Positions 1-8,585 of a stretch of DNA of 61,769 nt are shown here, in pieces. Position 1 is the stretch's first letter; the number at the start of each line of letters is the position of its first letter. The stretch spans positions 1 through 61,769 of the forward strand of contig CASFHD010000004.1 of the NCBI GenBank assembly GCA_949294455.1, read 5' to 3'. The notes under the pieces were generated by a model. The model was not told where the DNA came from and did no database searches. It worked only from the letters and a program-made list of their open reading frames with translations. The position numbers were made by a program, and so were the translations under genes. This stretch comes from an uncultured Christensenella sp. GTDB taxonomy: Bacteria > Bacillota > Clostridia > Christensenellales > UBA1242.

Positions 1-100
1 TTATTAATTTTTATATAAATTTATAATTTTTTTTGATTTTTAATAAATTTATTTATAATTATTAATGATATAAATTAAATTTTTACTTATTTTATTTATA

Positions 101-1357
101 TTATTTTTCTTGTTTTTTATAAATCTTTTTATAGCCAAAAGGTTGATGTGCTGTTATTACATTATAACAACAAGCCTGTACACATTTATAACAATATATA
201 CATTTTGAATAATCAATGTTTGCATATAATTCATCTTTTTCATCGCGTTGAATTGTTATTGCATGAGTAGGACAAATGTTATAGCATATTGAACAGCCTC
301 GACAATGACTTTTATTGATTTTAGGAATACAATTATGCGTTGAATTATAAATTTTAGAAGATATTTTATTCATTGAATTTGTTTTAGTATCAGAATTCAC
401 TTTTACTATATTAAAATCTTTGGTGGCTGGAGCAACAACTTCACTTAATTTTGAAAATTTTTCTATAATATTATAATTTGTTTGTACAATATTCATATTT
501 TCAAATTTTTCATTTGTAGCTGTTTTTATATCTTCGATAAGATTTGTATAAAATGGAAATTTATTTCGCTTTGCAGATGCGACTATTAAAGGCATTTTTA
601 CAATTGGATAACCTATTAATGATAAACTCATAAGGTCAGTTAAATATGGGTCAATCCCTAAAACTATTCTGTTTAATATTCTAGGTGTTCCATTAATTGG
701 ACCTTCGCCTTCCATACCCACTATTGCATCTACTAAATTTAATCTTATTTTATTATGTAAATATTCTTCTAAATCAATTAAATAATTTGTGTATCTATTA
801 AGGTCTGTATATAAACTTTTTATTTGTTTTTGGTGTGGATAAGGTACACAACCCATTAAATTTTCAACACAGCCGGTTATTCCTGTGTATATGCTTGTTT
901 TTAACTTTGATACATTTATAATCACTGTTGCTTCTTCTATTACAGATAAAATATTTAGAGATTTTGTTTGTTTGCCATCAAAATTAATTGTTTTGAAATT
1001 AAAATTTTTGTTTAATTTTATATTGGTAGATAATGCTAGATCGAACATTCCTGTTACTTCATATACTTTATCTATTTTATTATCATTATAAGAGACATTG
1101 GAACTATCGACAAGTGTACATTTTGCACCAATTTTTAAAATAGGTTCAACTATCGCTCTAATTACATTGGGGTGAGTTGTAATTGCTTTATCGGGAGAAT
1201 ATGCCCCACATAAATTTGCTTTTATAACAACTTTATCACTAGGTTTTACAAACTTTTTGATGCCACCTAGTTCATTTATTGCAGACAAAACACTACTACG
1301 CACATTATCTATTGCGTAGTCCTCAACATATTTCACTGATATGCTTGGTGTTTCCAT
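101..1357 (-). CDS. DUF362 domain-containing protein with C-terminal 2x[4Fe-4S] ferredoxin domain
   Basis: DUF362-type motifs (VVIKANL, TTHP, DAIVGMEGEGP) plus CRGCSICYNICP and CIYCYKCVQACC. Start moved to ATG 1357 because the track's TTG at 1393 is part of a TTGACA -35 box. Confidence 0.85.
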   Translation of the reverse strand: METPSISVKYVEDYAIDNVRSSVLSAINELGGIKKFVKPSDKVVIKANLCGAYSPDKAITTHPNVIRAIVEPILKIGAKCTLVDSSNVSYNDNKIDKVYEVTGMFDLALSTNIKLNKNFNFKTINFDGKQTKSLNILSVIEEATVIINVSKLKTSIYTGITGCVENLMGCVPYPHQKQIKSLYTDLNRYTNYLIDLEEYLHNKIRLNLVDAIVGMEGEGPINGTPRILNRIVLGIDPYLTDLMSLSLIGYPIVKMPLIVASAKRNKFPFYTNLIEDIKTATNEKFENMNIVQTNYNIIEKFSKLSEVVAPATKDFNIVKVNSDTKTNSMNKISSKIYNSTHNCIPKINKSHCRGCSICYNICPTHAITIQRDEKDELYANIDYSKCIYCYKCVQACCYNVITAHQPFGYKKIYKKQEK

Positions 1358-1459
1358 AATATTTAGTTTAATTAAATTAAAATTGTTTGTCAAATTAAAT
1401 GCTTTAAAAGAGATTGATTTTTTTGTAGAATATGTTTAAAATATTAAAAAGGAGTTAGA

Positions 1460-1714
1460 ATGTTAAAGATATGGTGTAGAATTACTTCAAAAGAAAAAAT
1501 TATTAAACAAAATATTGTTCAGTTTGACGAGCGTGAAGTTACATTTTATCAAATTGTAAAAACAATATGCGAAAGTTTAGATATTCCAACTCCTGTAATA
1601 CTAATGAAGCACTTGTATGATTTAAAAAAATTTGGAATTAGTCATTTTGGCAAGGGCGACTTTGTTGAAAAAATAGATTTTGATAAATTGTTGTTGGAAG
1701 TTGTAAAAGAATGA
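1460..1714 (+). CDS. small hypothetical protein (84 aa)
   Basis: AGGAG SD at good spacing. Abuts pfkA, so probably the same operon. Confidence 0.7.
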   Translation: MLKIWCRITSKEKIIKQNIVQFDEREVTFYQIVKTICESLDIPTPVILMKHLYDLKKFGISHFGKGDFVEKIDFDKLLLEVVKE

Positions 1715-1722
1715 GGGGGAGT

Positions 1723-2607
1723 ATGAAAATAGCAATTTTGACTAGCGGTGGTGATTGTCAGGGAATGAACGCTTGCATTTTATCAGCGTATCAGACTGCG
1801 AAAACAAAAAAAATAGAAATTTTTAAAGTTATAGGCGGATTTGATGGATTAATTGATAATAAAATTTATCCATTGAATGAAATTGATATTATAGGGCGAG
1901 AAAATTTAGGTGGAACTATTTTAAAATCAGCGCGCTCTAAAAGATTTTATGAAGATAAGTATGTAAAAAAGTCAGCAAAAAATTTAAAAAATTTAGGTAT
2001 TGAACATTTAATCATTTTAGGTGGTAACGGCAGTTTTAAAGCAAGTTTAGAATTACAAAATTATGGAATATCCTGTATTTGTTTGCCAGCGACAATTGAC
2101 AATGATTTAAATATGGACAGAACTTTAGGTTTTGATACTGCTTTAAACAATATAGTAAGTGCTATTGAAAATATTTCAGATTGTACAAAAAGTTTTGGTT
2201 ATGGTGCAATAGTAGAAATTATGGGCAGACATTGTTCTGATCTAACTGATATTTCATCTGTTTGCCTTCAAACAAAACTTGTCGTCAAGTCTAAAGAGGA
2301 TTTGCAAATAGTGGCAAATAAAATTAAAACAAAAAAGCCTCAAAATTTCTTAATTTTGCTTATGGAAAACACTGTAGAATTGGATTATTGTAAAGAATTT
2401 CTGCAAACTAATACAAAATATATTTATAAGCCTCACAGATTGGGCTACATTCAAAGGGGTGGAAGACCTTCTGCTTTTGACAGATGGTATGGAAGTGAAC
2501 TTGGAAGATTGTCTGTAGAGTATTTGTCTAAAAATAAATCAAATTTTGCTTTAGGTTATGTCGAAGGTAAAATTGCAGTTCTTGATATACAAAATTCTTT
2601 AAAATAA
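1723..2607 (+). CDS. pfkA: 6-phosphofructokinase (PfkA family)
   Basis: ILTSGGDCQGMNA, GGTILKSAR, GGNGS, TIDND, EIMGR and GYIQRGG motifs. GAGGGGG SD before ATG 1723. Confidence 0.93.
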   Translation: MKIAILTSGGDCQGMNACILSAYQTAKTKKIEIFKVIGGFDGLIDNKIYPLNEIDIIGRENLGGTILKSARSKRFYEDKYVKKSAKNLKNLGIEHLIILGGNGSFKASLELQNYGISCICLPATIDNDLNMDRTLGFDTALNNIVSAIENISDCTKSFGYGAIVEIMGRHCSDLTDISSVCLQTKLVVKSKEDLQIVANKIKTKKPQNFLILLMENTVELDYCKEFLQTNTKYIYKPHRLGYIQRGGRPSAFDRWYGSELGRLSVEYLSKNKSNFALGYVEGKIAVLDIQNSLK

Positions 2608-2619
2608 TGTAACAAATTA

Positions 2620-2648
2620 TTGACATTGTGTGATTAAAATGATATATT
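2620..2648 (+). promoter_or_regulatory. sigma-A promoter of greA
   Basis: TTGACA-17 nt-TATATT with extended -10 TG. Confidence 0.7.
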
Positions 2649-2663
2649 AAAGCATATATTAAT

Positions 2664-2697
2664 GAGAGGGCAATTATTCTTTAATATTGCTTTTTTT
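2664..2697 (+). terminator. intrinsic terminator-like hairpin in greA 5' UTR (putative attenuator)
   Basis: GAGAGGGCAAT-TATT-CTTT-AATA-TTGC followed by T7, lying between the promoter and the greA SD. Confidence 0.55.
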
Positions 2698-2721
2698 GTT
2701 GATTTATTTAGTGGAGGTCTT

Positions 2722-3195
2722 ATGGAAGAAAAAGTTTTTATGACAGCTAAAGGATTGGAAGACTGCAAAACCAGACTTGCTTATTTGAAAGAAACTAGAC
2801 GAAAAGAAGTTGCTGATAAAATAGCTGAAGCAAGAAGTTATGGTGATTTGTCTGAAAATAGTGAATATGATATTGCTCGTGCTGAAGCAGTGGCAGTGGA
2901 AACTGAAATTGAAGAATTGGAAGAAAAGATTAAAAATGTTTCTATCATTGATACAAAAAAAATTAATACTTCAAAAGTAAATGTTGGCTGTTCAGTTACT
3001 ATTTTAAATATGAAGGTAAATAAAGAATTTACTTACAGAATTGTAGGTGATACTGAAAGTGACCCTATGAATGGCTTAATTAGCAATATCAGTCCTGTGG
3101 GCGCTGGATTGCTTGGTAAAAAAGTTGGCGAAATTGCTAGCATTAATACCCCTGCGGGTGTAGTAGAAATGAAAATTTTGAAAATAAAAGCATAA
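2722..3195 (+). CDS. greA: transcription elongation factor GreA
   Basis: ARSYGDLSENSEY and ISNISPVGAGLLG motifs. GGAGG SD before ATG 2722. Confidence 0.96.
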   Translation: MEEKVFMTAKGLEDCKTRLAYLKETRRKEVADKIAEARSYGDLSENSEYDIARAEAVAVETEIEELEEKIKNVSIIDTKKINTSKVNVGCSVTILNMKVNKEFTYRIVGDTESDPMNGLISNISPVGAGLLGKKVGEIASINTPAGVVEMKILKIKA

Positions 3196-3303
3196 ATAAA
3201 GCAAAATCTAAAACTGTTAGAAAAAACTAACGGTTTTTTTATTTTAAAATATTTTGAAATTGATTTTTGATATGTTATAATATTAAAATTGAATAGAGGG
3301 GTT

Positions 3304-4074
3304 ATGTACGAAAGAGAATTAAGGTTTATGCTAAAAACCATAAAAAATTGTGGTATTATTGCAAAAAAAGGTGCGACGAGTGTTACTAAAAAATCAAAGC
3401 ACGATTATGTTACTGATAAAGATTTAATTGTTGAAGCATATTTGATAAGAGAAATTAAAAAGGAATTTCCGTCAGATAGAATTTTAAGTGAAGAATCTCG
3501 GCCATTAGAAAAATTAAAAAATAGAATATGGATTATTGACCCGATAGACGGTACTTTAAACTATATGTCTGGTAACCCTAATTGGTGTATTCAGATGGCT
3601 TTCTATGATGAGGGTGAAATTAAGGCAAGCGTTGTGTATTTGCCTGAATTTAATAAAACAATTCACGCATTAAAAGGGCAAGGGGCTTATATAAATAACA
3701 AAAAAATTATATTGAATCTACATAAACCATTAGATACTTGTTTAATTAATATGCCAACTTATCCTATAAAAAATTTTCAATTATACATTGATTTAATGCA
3801 GGGATTAATTAATGCAGGAGCAAAAATTAGAAGCGTAGGGTCATCAGGAATTGAAATTACAGGAATTTTATATGGTTATACAGATGTTAATATAACATTA
3901 AATCCTAACATTTGGGATTATGCCCCTGGAGATTTAATTTTATCAGAAGCGGGTGGTGTAAAACTTACAAGAAAACTAAAAACTGTTAGTCTAACTGTCT
4001 TTGCACTTAATCAAGAAATAGCAAATGATATTAATACTATCATTGAAAAGTGTTTTCGACAATCAAATAAATAG
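3304..4074 (+). CDS. inositol monophosphatase family protein (SuhB-like)
   Basis: DYVTDKD, LSEE, WIIDPIDGT and WDYAPG motifs. GAGGG SD before ATG 3304. Confidence 0.9.
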   Translation: MYERELRFMLKTIKNCGIIAKKGATSVTKKSKHDYVTDKDLIVEAYLIREIKKEFPSDRILSEESRPLEKLKNRIWIIDPIDGTLNYMSGNPNWCIQMAFYDEGEIKASVVYLPEFNKTIHALKGQGAYINNKKIILNLHKPLDTCLINMPTYPIKNFQLYIDLMQGLINAGAKIRSVGSSGIEITGILYGYTDVNITLNPNIWDYAPGDLILSEAGGVKLTRKLKTVSLTVFALNQEIANDINTIIEKCFRQSNK

Positions 4075-4108
4075 AACAATTATTATTAAACATTTGTTCT
4101 ATTTTTTT
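4069..4108 (+). terminator. intrinsic terminator
   Basis: AATAGAACAA...TTGTTCTATT inverted repeat followed by a T-run after the IMPase stop. Confidence 0.55.
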
Positions 4109-4189
4109 ATTACAATTTTGTAAAAAAATCTCGAAATGGTATTGAATTATGTATTTTTCATTGTTATATTGTCGATGCGTGAGGTTTTT

Positions 4190-4753
4190 ATGTGCGAAGT
4201 TAAAAATTTTGTAATTTATGATATTGATGATTTTAATGAATGTAGTTTAAAAGATTTTAAATGTGCGTTTAATTTGTTTAAATTTAATGATATTGTTTTA
4301 TTGAAAACATTTTTAGAACATAATACTTGCGATATGTTAATTGTTAGAAAAGATTTTATTATTTCATCTTTTAATTTATCAAAAGTGCTTTATGTTGTAG
4401 ATAGTTTTGATAAACTTAATCAGTGTAAACTTTATTTTAATAATGAATATTGGTCGAGTATTGATAAGAAGTTAAATAGTTTTGGTTTTATGAAAGGATA
4501 TAAAGGTTATTATTTTTTTTCGCTCATTATTTTAGAACTATTAAAAAATCATAACAATAAATTAGATACTATTTATAACAAAATTTCATTAGTTGAAAAG
4601 GTAGATAAAGAAAATATAATAAAAAATATTAATAGTATGATTAAGGCATCAATTTTAACTTCTGCTAAGTTTAGGAATTTTTTTTCATCATCAAAAAAAA
4701 TTACTCCAAAAGAAGTAATTTTTAAATCTTATTTTAATCTTATTGCTTGTTAG
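4190..4753 (+). CDS. divergent Spo0A-like protein (degenerate receiver plus Spo0A C-terminal-like domain)
   Basis: C-half (LNSFGFMKGYKGYYFF...IYNKIS...KITPKEVI) aligns by eye with the Spo0A DNA-binding domain. GAGG SD before ATG 4190. Confidence 0.55.
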   Translation: MCEVKNFVIYDIDDFNECSLKDFKCAFNLFKFNDIVLLKTFLEHNTCDMLIVRKDFIISSFNLSKVLYVVDSFDKLNQCKLYFNNEYWSSIDKKLNSFGFMKGYKGYYFFSLIILELLKNHNNKLDTIYNKISLVEKVDKENIIKNINSMIKASILTSAKFRNFFSSSKKITPKEVIFKSYFNLIAC

Positions 4754-5285
4754 AGTTTTGTTTTACAGCCAATCTTAATCTGTTTCTTATATTTGAAATG
4801 TCTAATTCATTTAAGGTTGTTTTGTTAATAACCACCATAAATGTATTTTCAAATAAAGCATATAGTCTTTTACTATCTTCACCTATTGATGATAAATTTG
4901 CAAATTTATATTCATTTTTACCTAACAATTCATTTTCATTTCCGTAAAATATTTCTGTTAATTTTGCGTTGTCAATTATAATTTCACATATCTTTACTTT
5001 GTCTAAATTTTGCTTGTAAAAATATTTCTTTTGTCTTTTCTGCATAATTTTTGGAAAAGATTTTTCAAATATAAATATTGAAATAAATATTGCTATAAAT
5101 ATTATATCTAAAACTACAGAACTTTTTGATACAATGTCAACTATTAATAAAGCAACTGATAAAATTAAGCCTATTGATAAAATTATTGGCATTATTTTTT
5201 CTTTTTTACCTTTTGTTGCCTTTACTGAAAATTTACTACCACTTAAATTGTCTTCGACTGAATATTCGTATCTTATTTTTGTCAT
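4740..5285 (-). CDS. two-TM membrane protein (YcxB-like architecture)
   Basis: Two hydrophobic segments followed by a soluble C-terminal domain. AAAGGG SD. Confidence 0.6.
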   Translation of the reverse strand: MTKIRYEYSVEDNLSGSKFSVKATKGKKEKIMPIILSIGLILSVALLIVDIVSKSSVVLDIIFIAIFISIFIFEKSFPKIMQKRQKKYFYKQNLDKVKICEIIIDNAKLTEIFYGNENELLGKNEYKFANLSSIGEDSKRLYALFENTFMVVINKTTLNELDISNIRNRLRLAVKQNSNKQ

Positions 5286-5429
5286 ATTACCCTTTTTGTT
5301 CTAATTTGTTAGTATATTTTTATTAATTGGAGTATAACATAACTTAATTATTTTGTAAACTTGATTGGAATATTTTATTGACTTTGCACATTTAAAATGA
5401 TAACCTTATATTAATTATTAGGAGGAAAA

Positions 5430-5882
5430 ATGGGCGGAGTTGATGTTTGGGTTTGGTTCGCTGTTTTAATCGTTGCAATTGTAGTTGAGGCAATGACTGT
5501 AGAACTAGTATCTTTGTGGTTTGCGTTTGGGGCAATCGGTGCTATAATTGCTGCAAGTTTGTCTAATTCGTTAATTTTAGAATTTTCTATATTTATAATT
5601 GTGTCTGTTTTAATGTTGATTTTTACAAGAAAATTCTTTATAAAACTCTTAAAAAAATCAGATTTGAAAAGTAATGTTGATACATATATTGGTAAAAAAT
5701 TTGAAATAGATAAAATCGAAGACGGCGGTTATGTATATCACAAAATTAATGGTATTGATTGGCGCGTGGTGTCAAGCGATAATTCAAAATTAGAGTTAGG
5801 GAAAACTTATGAAGTTGTATCAATTGATGGAAATAAATTAATAGTAAAATTATCAGATGAAAAAAATGAAATTAAAGGTTAG
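5430..5882 (+). CDS. NfeD family membrane protein
   Basis: Hydrophobic N-terminus and OB-fold-like C-terminus (INGIDWRVV, VVSIDGNKLIV). AGGAGG SD. Upstream of an SPFH gene. Confidence 0.88.
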   Translation: MGGVDVWVWFAVLIVAIVVEAMTVELVSLWFAFGAIGAIIAASLSNSLILEFSIFIIVSVLMLIFTRKFFIKLLKKSDLKSNVDTYIGKKFEIDKIEDGGYVYHKINGIDWRVVSSDNSKLELGKTYEVVSIDGNKLIVKLSDEKNEIKG

Positions 5883-5890
5883 GAGAATAT

Positions 5891-6781
5891 ATGACGGGTG
5901 TTTGGATTGTAGTTTTAATTATTGTAGCAATTATAATGGCTCTTATTATAGCAGGCATAAGACTTGTTAGACAATCAACAGCTATTGTTGTGGAAAGATT
6001 GGGGAAATTTAATAGGGTGTTAAATACTGGCATACATGTCATCATTCCTTTTATTGAAAGAACTAGCCCTAAAATTTCATTAAAAGAACATGTGGCAGAT
6101 TTTGAACCGCAAGATGTTATTACAAAAGACAATGTTACAATGAAAATTGATACTGTTGTTTACTATCAAATTACTGACCCAAAAGCATATTCATACGGGG
6201 TAGAAAATCCTATGCGTGCAATAGAAAATTTGACTGCTACAACTTTAAGAAATATTGTTGGTGAACTCGAACTTGATGAAACTTTAACATCTAGAGATAC
6301 TGTAAATAATAAAATGAGAATAATTCTAGATGAAGCGACAGACCCTTGGGGAATTAAAGTCAATCGTGTAGAGTTGAAAAATATTTTGCCACCAAAAGAT
6401 ATTCAAGAAGCAATGGAAAAGCAAATGCGTGCGGAAAGAGAAAGGCGCGAGCAGATTTTACGAGCAGAAGGCGAGAAAAAAGCAAACATTTTAGTTGCAG
6501 AGGGCGAGAAAGAAGCGGAAATCTTGCGTGCAGAGGCAAAGAAAATGGCTTTAATCACAGAGGCAGAAGGTCAAGCAGAGGCGATAGAGCGTATAATTAA
6601 GGCAAAACCTGATGCAAGCTATTTGACATTGCAAGGCTTTGATGCTTTGAAAGTAATGGCAAATGGTCAGAGTACCAAAATAATTGTTCCAAGTGATTTG
6701 CAAAATATCGCAGGAGTATTAACTTCACTTGCCGAAACATTGAAAAATCCAGAAAACACAAATAAAGATCAATTAAAATAA
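5891..6781 (+). CDS. SPFH/Band 7 (stomatin/QmcA-like) protein
   Basis: VVERLGKF, QDVITKDN, TDPWGIKVNRVE and MEKQMRAERERR motifs. Confidence 0.94.
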   Translation: MTGVWIVVLIIVAIIMALIIAGIRLVRQSTAIVVERLGKFNRVLNTGIHVIIPFIERTSPKISLKEHVADFEPQDVITKDNVTMKIDTVVYYQITDPKAYSYGVENPMRAIENLTATTLRNIVGELELDETLTSRDTVNNKMRIILDEATDPWGIKVNRVELKNILPPKDIQEAMEKQMRAERERREQILRAEGEKKANILVAEGEKEAEILRAEAKKMALITEAEGQAEAIERIIKAKPDASYLTLQGFDALKVMANGQSTKIIVPSDLQNIAGVLTSLAETLKNPENTNKDQLK

Positions 6782-6818
6782 TCCTTAATGTTATTTACAT
6801 TTAGGATTTTATTTTTTT
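6776..6818 (+). terminator. intrinsic terminator
   Basis: AATCCTTAATG...CATTTAGGATT stem followed by a T-run. Confidence 0.55.
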
Positions 6819-6871
6819 GTATTGACAATTTTCTTTTTAATGTTAAAATCTTTACAGTTATAGGAGATAAA

Positions 6872-7735
6872 GTGGAATTATTAGATAATGAGTTTAATTT
6901 TAATAAAGTAATAAATAAAAAAGATATTGAACAACTAGCAGTTTGTTATAGTAATGTTTTTTACGAATTAAATACGCTTTTATTGCTATTGAAAAAAAGT
7001 CGTTTTATATCTAATTCTAAATGGGTTTCAGAAAATTCACAATTTAAAGATACTCTTATAGGAACAATATGTTTTTCTGAAAATTATGATGATCAAAATT
7101 ATGTTCAAAATTTATTAAACGATAAAAAATTTGAGTTTTTGAGTCAAATTGAATTTATTACAAGAATATTTAATCTATCACATGCAAATATAAATATAAA
7201 TTATATTACAAGATTAAGAGAAGGAATTTCGAGTCTTGTAACAGGGTTGAATAAAATTGCAAATGATTATCAAAATTCTTTAATTTTAACGCAGAATGAA
7301 TTGGAATCTATAGATAATCCGCCTGAATGCAAAAAAGAACTAAGTCAAGAATTTGAAATATATTTAACAATTTACAAAGAGATTATGCAAGTAATAAATT
7401 TATTAAATAATAAAATTCAAAGTATTAACATTTTATATCAAAATATAATCAAATTAAAATATAAAAAAATACAAGATAAGATTGATAATAATGTTCTTCA
7501 TTTAAATGAATTGGAAAAACAAATCTTCAGATTGAATGGTAAAATAAAAGAAAAACAAAGAAGATTACGCTATGCAAATAAAAAAATAAGTAATGATATT
7601 GGTAAAGAGAATCTTTATAATTCTAATGAATTAAGACTAATACAAGAGATAGAAAAAATGAAAAAAGATTTAGAATTATTAATTGAAGAAAGCGAACGCT
7701 TGAAGATTGAAAATATCAAACTTTACAATCAATAA
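6872..7735 (+). CDS. hypothetical protein with C-terminal coiled coil
   Basis: Long ORF with AGGAG SD before GTG 6872. No recognisable motif. Confidence 0.6.
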   Translation: MELLDNEFNFNKVINKKDIEQLAVCYSNVFYELNTLLLLLKKSRFISNSKWVSENSQFKDTLIGTICFSENYDDQNYVQNLLNDKKFEFLSQIEFITRIFNLSHANININYITRLREGISSLVTGLNKIANDYQNSLILTQNELESIDNPPECKKELSQEFEIYLTIYKEIMQVINLLNNKIQSINILYQNIIKLKYKKIQDKIDNNVLHLNELEKQIFRLNGKIKEKQRRLRYANKKISNDIGKENLYNSNELRLIQEIEKMKKDLELLIEESERLKIENIKLYNQ

Positions 7736-8023
7736 GAAAATAACACCTATATAAAATCATGTATTTGTTAATTATATTAGGTATTATTATATAAAAAAAT
7801 TTTAATTAAATTTTTTAAAAAATATCTTAACAATGTTGCAATTAATAAATGTAAAAAAATTAAAACTTATAAAATAAATTCTATCTATAATTATAATTTG
7901 ATTTAATTTAATTAAAAATTTTTTGAAGATTTATTATGATATATTTAAAAATATCGTTAAAATATTTTGAAGAATAATAAACCAGAGTAAAGACGAGACG
8001 TTATCTGAGATTTTAAAATTTAT

Positions 8024-8051
8024 AAAAAACAACCAGTCCGGTTGTTTTTTT
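8024..8051. terminator. terminator downstream of tRNA-Leu (bidirectional type)
   Basis: AAAAAACAACC-AGTCC-GGTTGTTTTTT inverted repeat directly after the tRNA CCA end. Confidence 0.65.
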
Positions 8052-8133
8052 TGGTGCGAGTGATGGGACTTGAACCCATACTCTTTCGAACACGCCCCTT
8101 AAACGTGCGCGTCTGCCATTCCGCCACACTCGC
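8052..8133 (-). tRNA. tRNA-Leu(AAG)
   Basis: Minus strand GCGAGTG...CACTCGC-A-CCA. Anticodon stem CACGT/GCGTG with loop TT-AAG-GG, long variable arm, T-loop TTCAAGT. Confidence 0.95.
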
Positions 8134-8147
8134 ATATTAAATTTCAA

Positions 8148-8275
8148 TGTAGTTTAACGCCTTACTGGGCGGGGCGTGTTACACACTTTTTAAAAATTTA
8201 AATACTAATCTGTAGTATATTTTAATTTAATTATTTTAAATTTTTAAAACGGGGCTTACGCTACACGACTACCTC
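8148..8275 (-). ncRNA. candidate structured RNA upstream of tRNA-Leu (unassigned)
   Basis: GC-rich islands with nested pairings GTAGT/ACTAC, CGTGT/ACACG and CGCC/GGCG plus a 15-bp AT stem. Lies inside the predicted tRNA transcript. Confidence 0.45.
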
Positions 8276-8405
8276 TTTTCATAAAATGATCTTAAAAATT
8301 ATATTATTCTGTGTTTTTGTATTTTATAATTTTTTGTTTTTATTATTTTATCAGTTTTGATACATCATATTTTTTAAAATATCTTCTTGTATCTTATTCT
8401 CTCAC

Positions 8406-8434
8406 ATTATATAACATCTTTTTTTATATGTCAA
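8406..8434 (-). promoter_or_regulatory. consensus sigma-A promoter facing the RNA candidate and tRNA-Leu
   Basis: Minus strand TTGACA-17 nt-TATAAT. Confidence 0.75.
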
Positions 8435-8585
8435 TAAAATGTTTTGCTTTAGTATTTTATGTGTTTTTTGTTTTTCTGACAAATTATAAATTATAACAAA
8501 TCTTTTAATCGCGTGTCAAATGATTTTTGTAACTTTTTAAAAAAATATTGACAATTTGTAAATTTGTGTTACAATTTTGTCGAAA

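Noticed and set aside
7981-8260. RNase P- or glmS-like words (GAGTAAAGAC, GACGAG..GTTATC, AAAACGGGGCTTAC)
   Set aside because: The motifs are incomplete, the required pairings are absent, and the span is interrupted by a terminator and an antisense tRNA.
8257-8283. Minus-strand mini-ORF MKRGSRVA as a leader peptide
   Set aside because: No SD, no regulatory codon run, and no protein gene downstream.
8311-8496. 61-aa hydrophobic ORF as a type I toxin
   Set aside because: It comes from T-rich low-complexity DNA, has no SD and overlaps the opposite-strand promoter.
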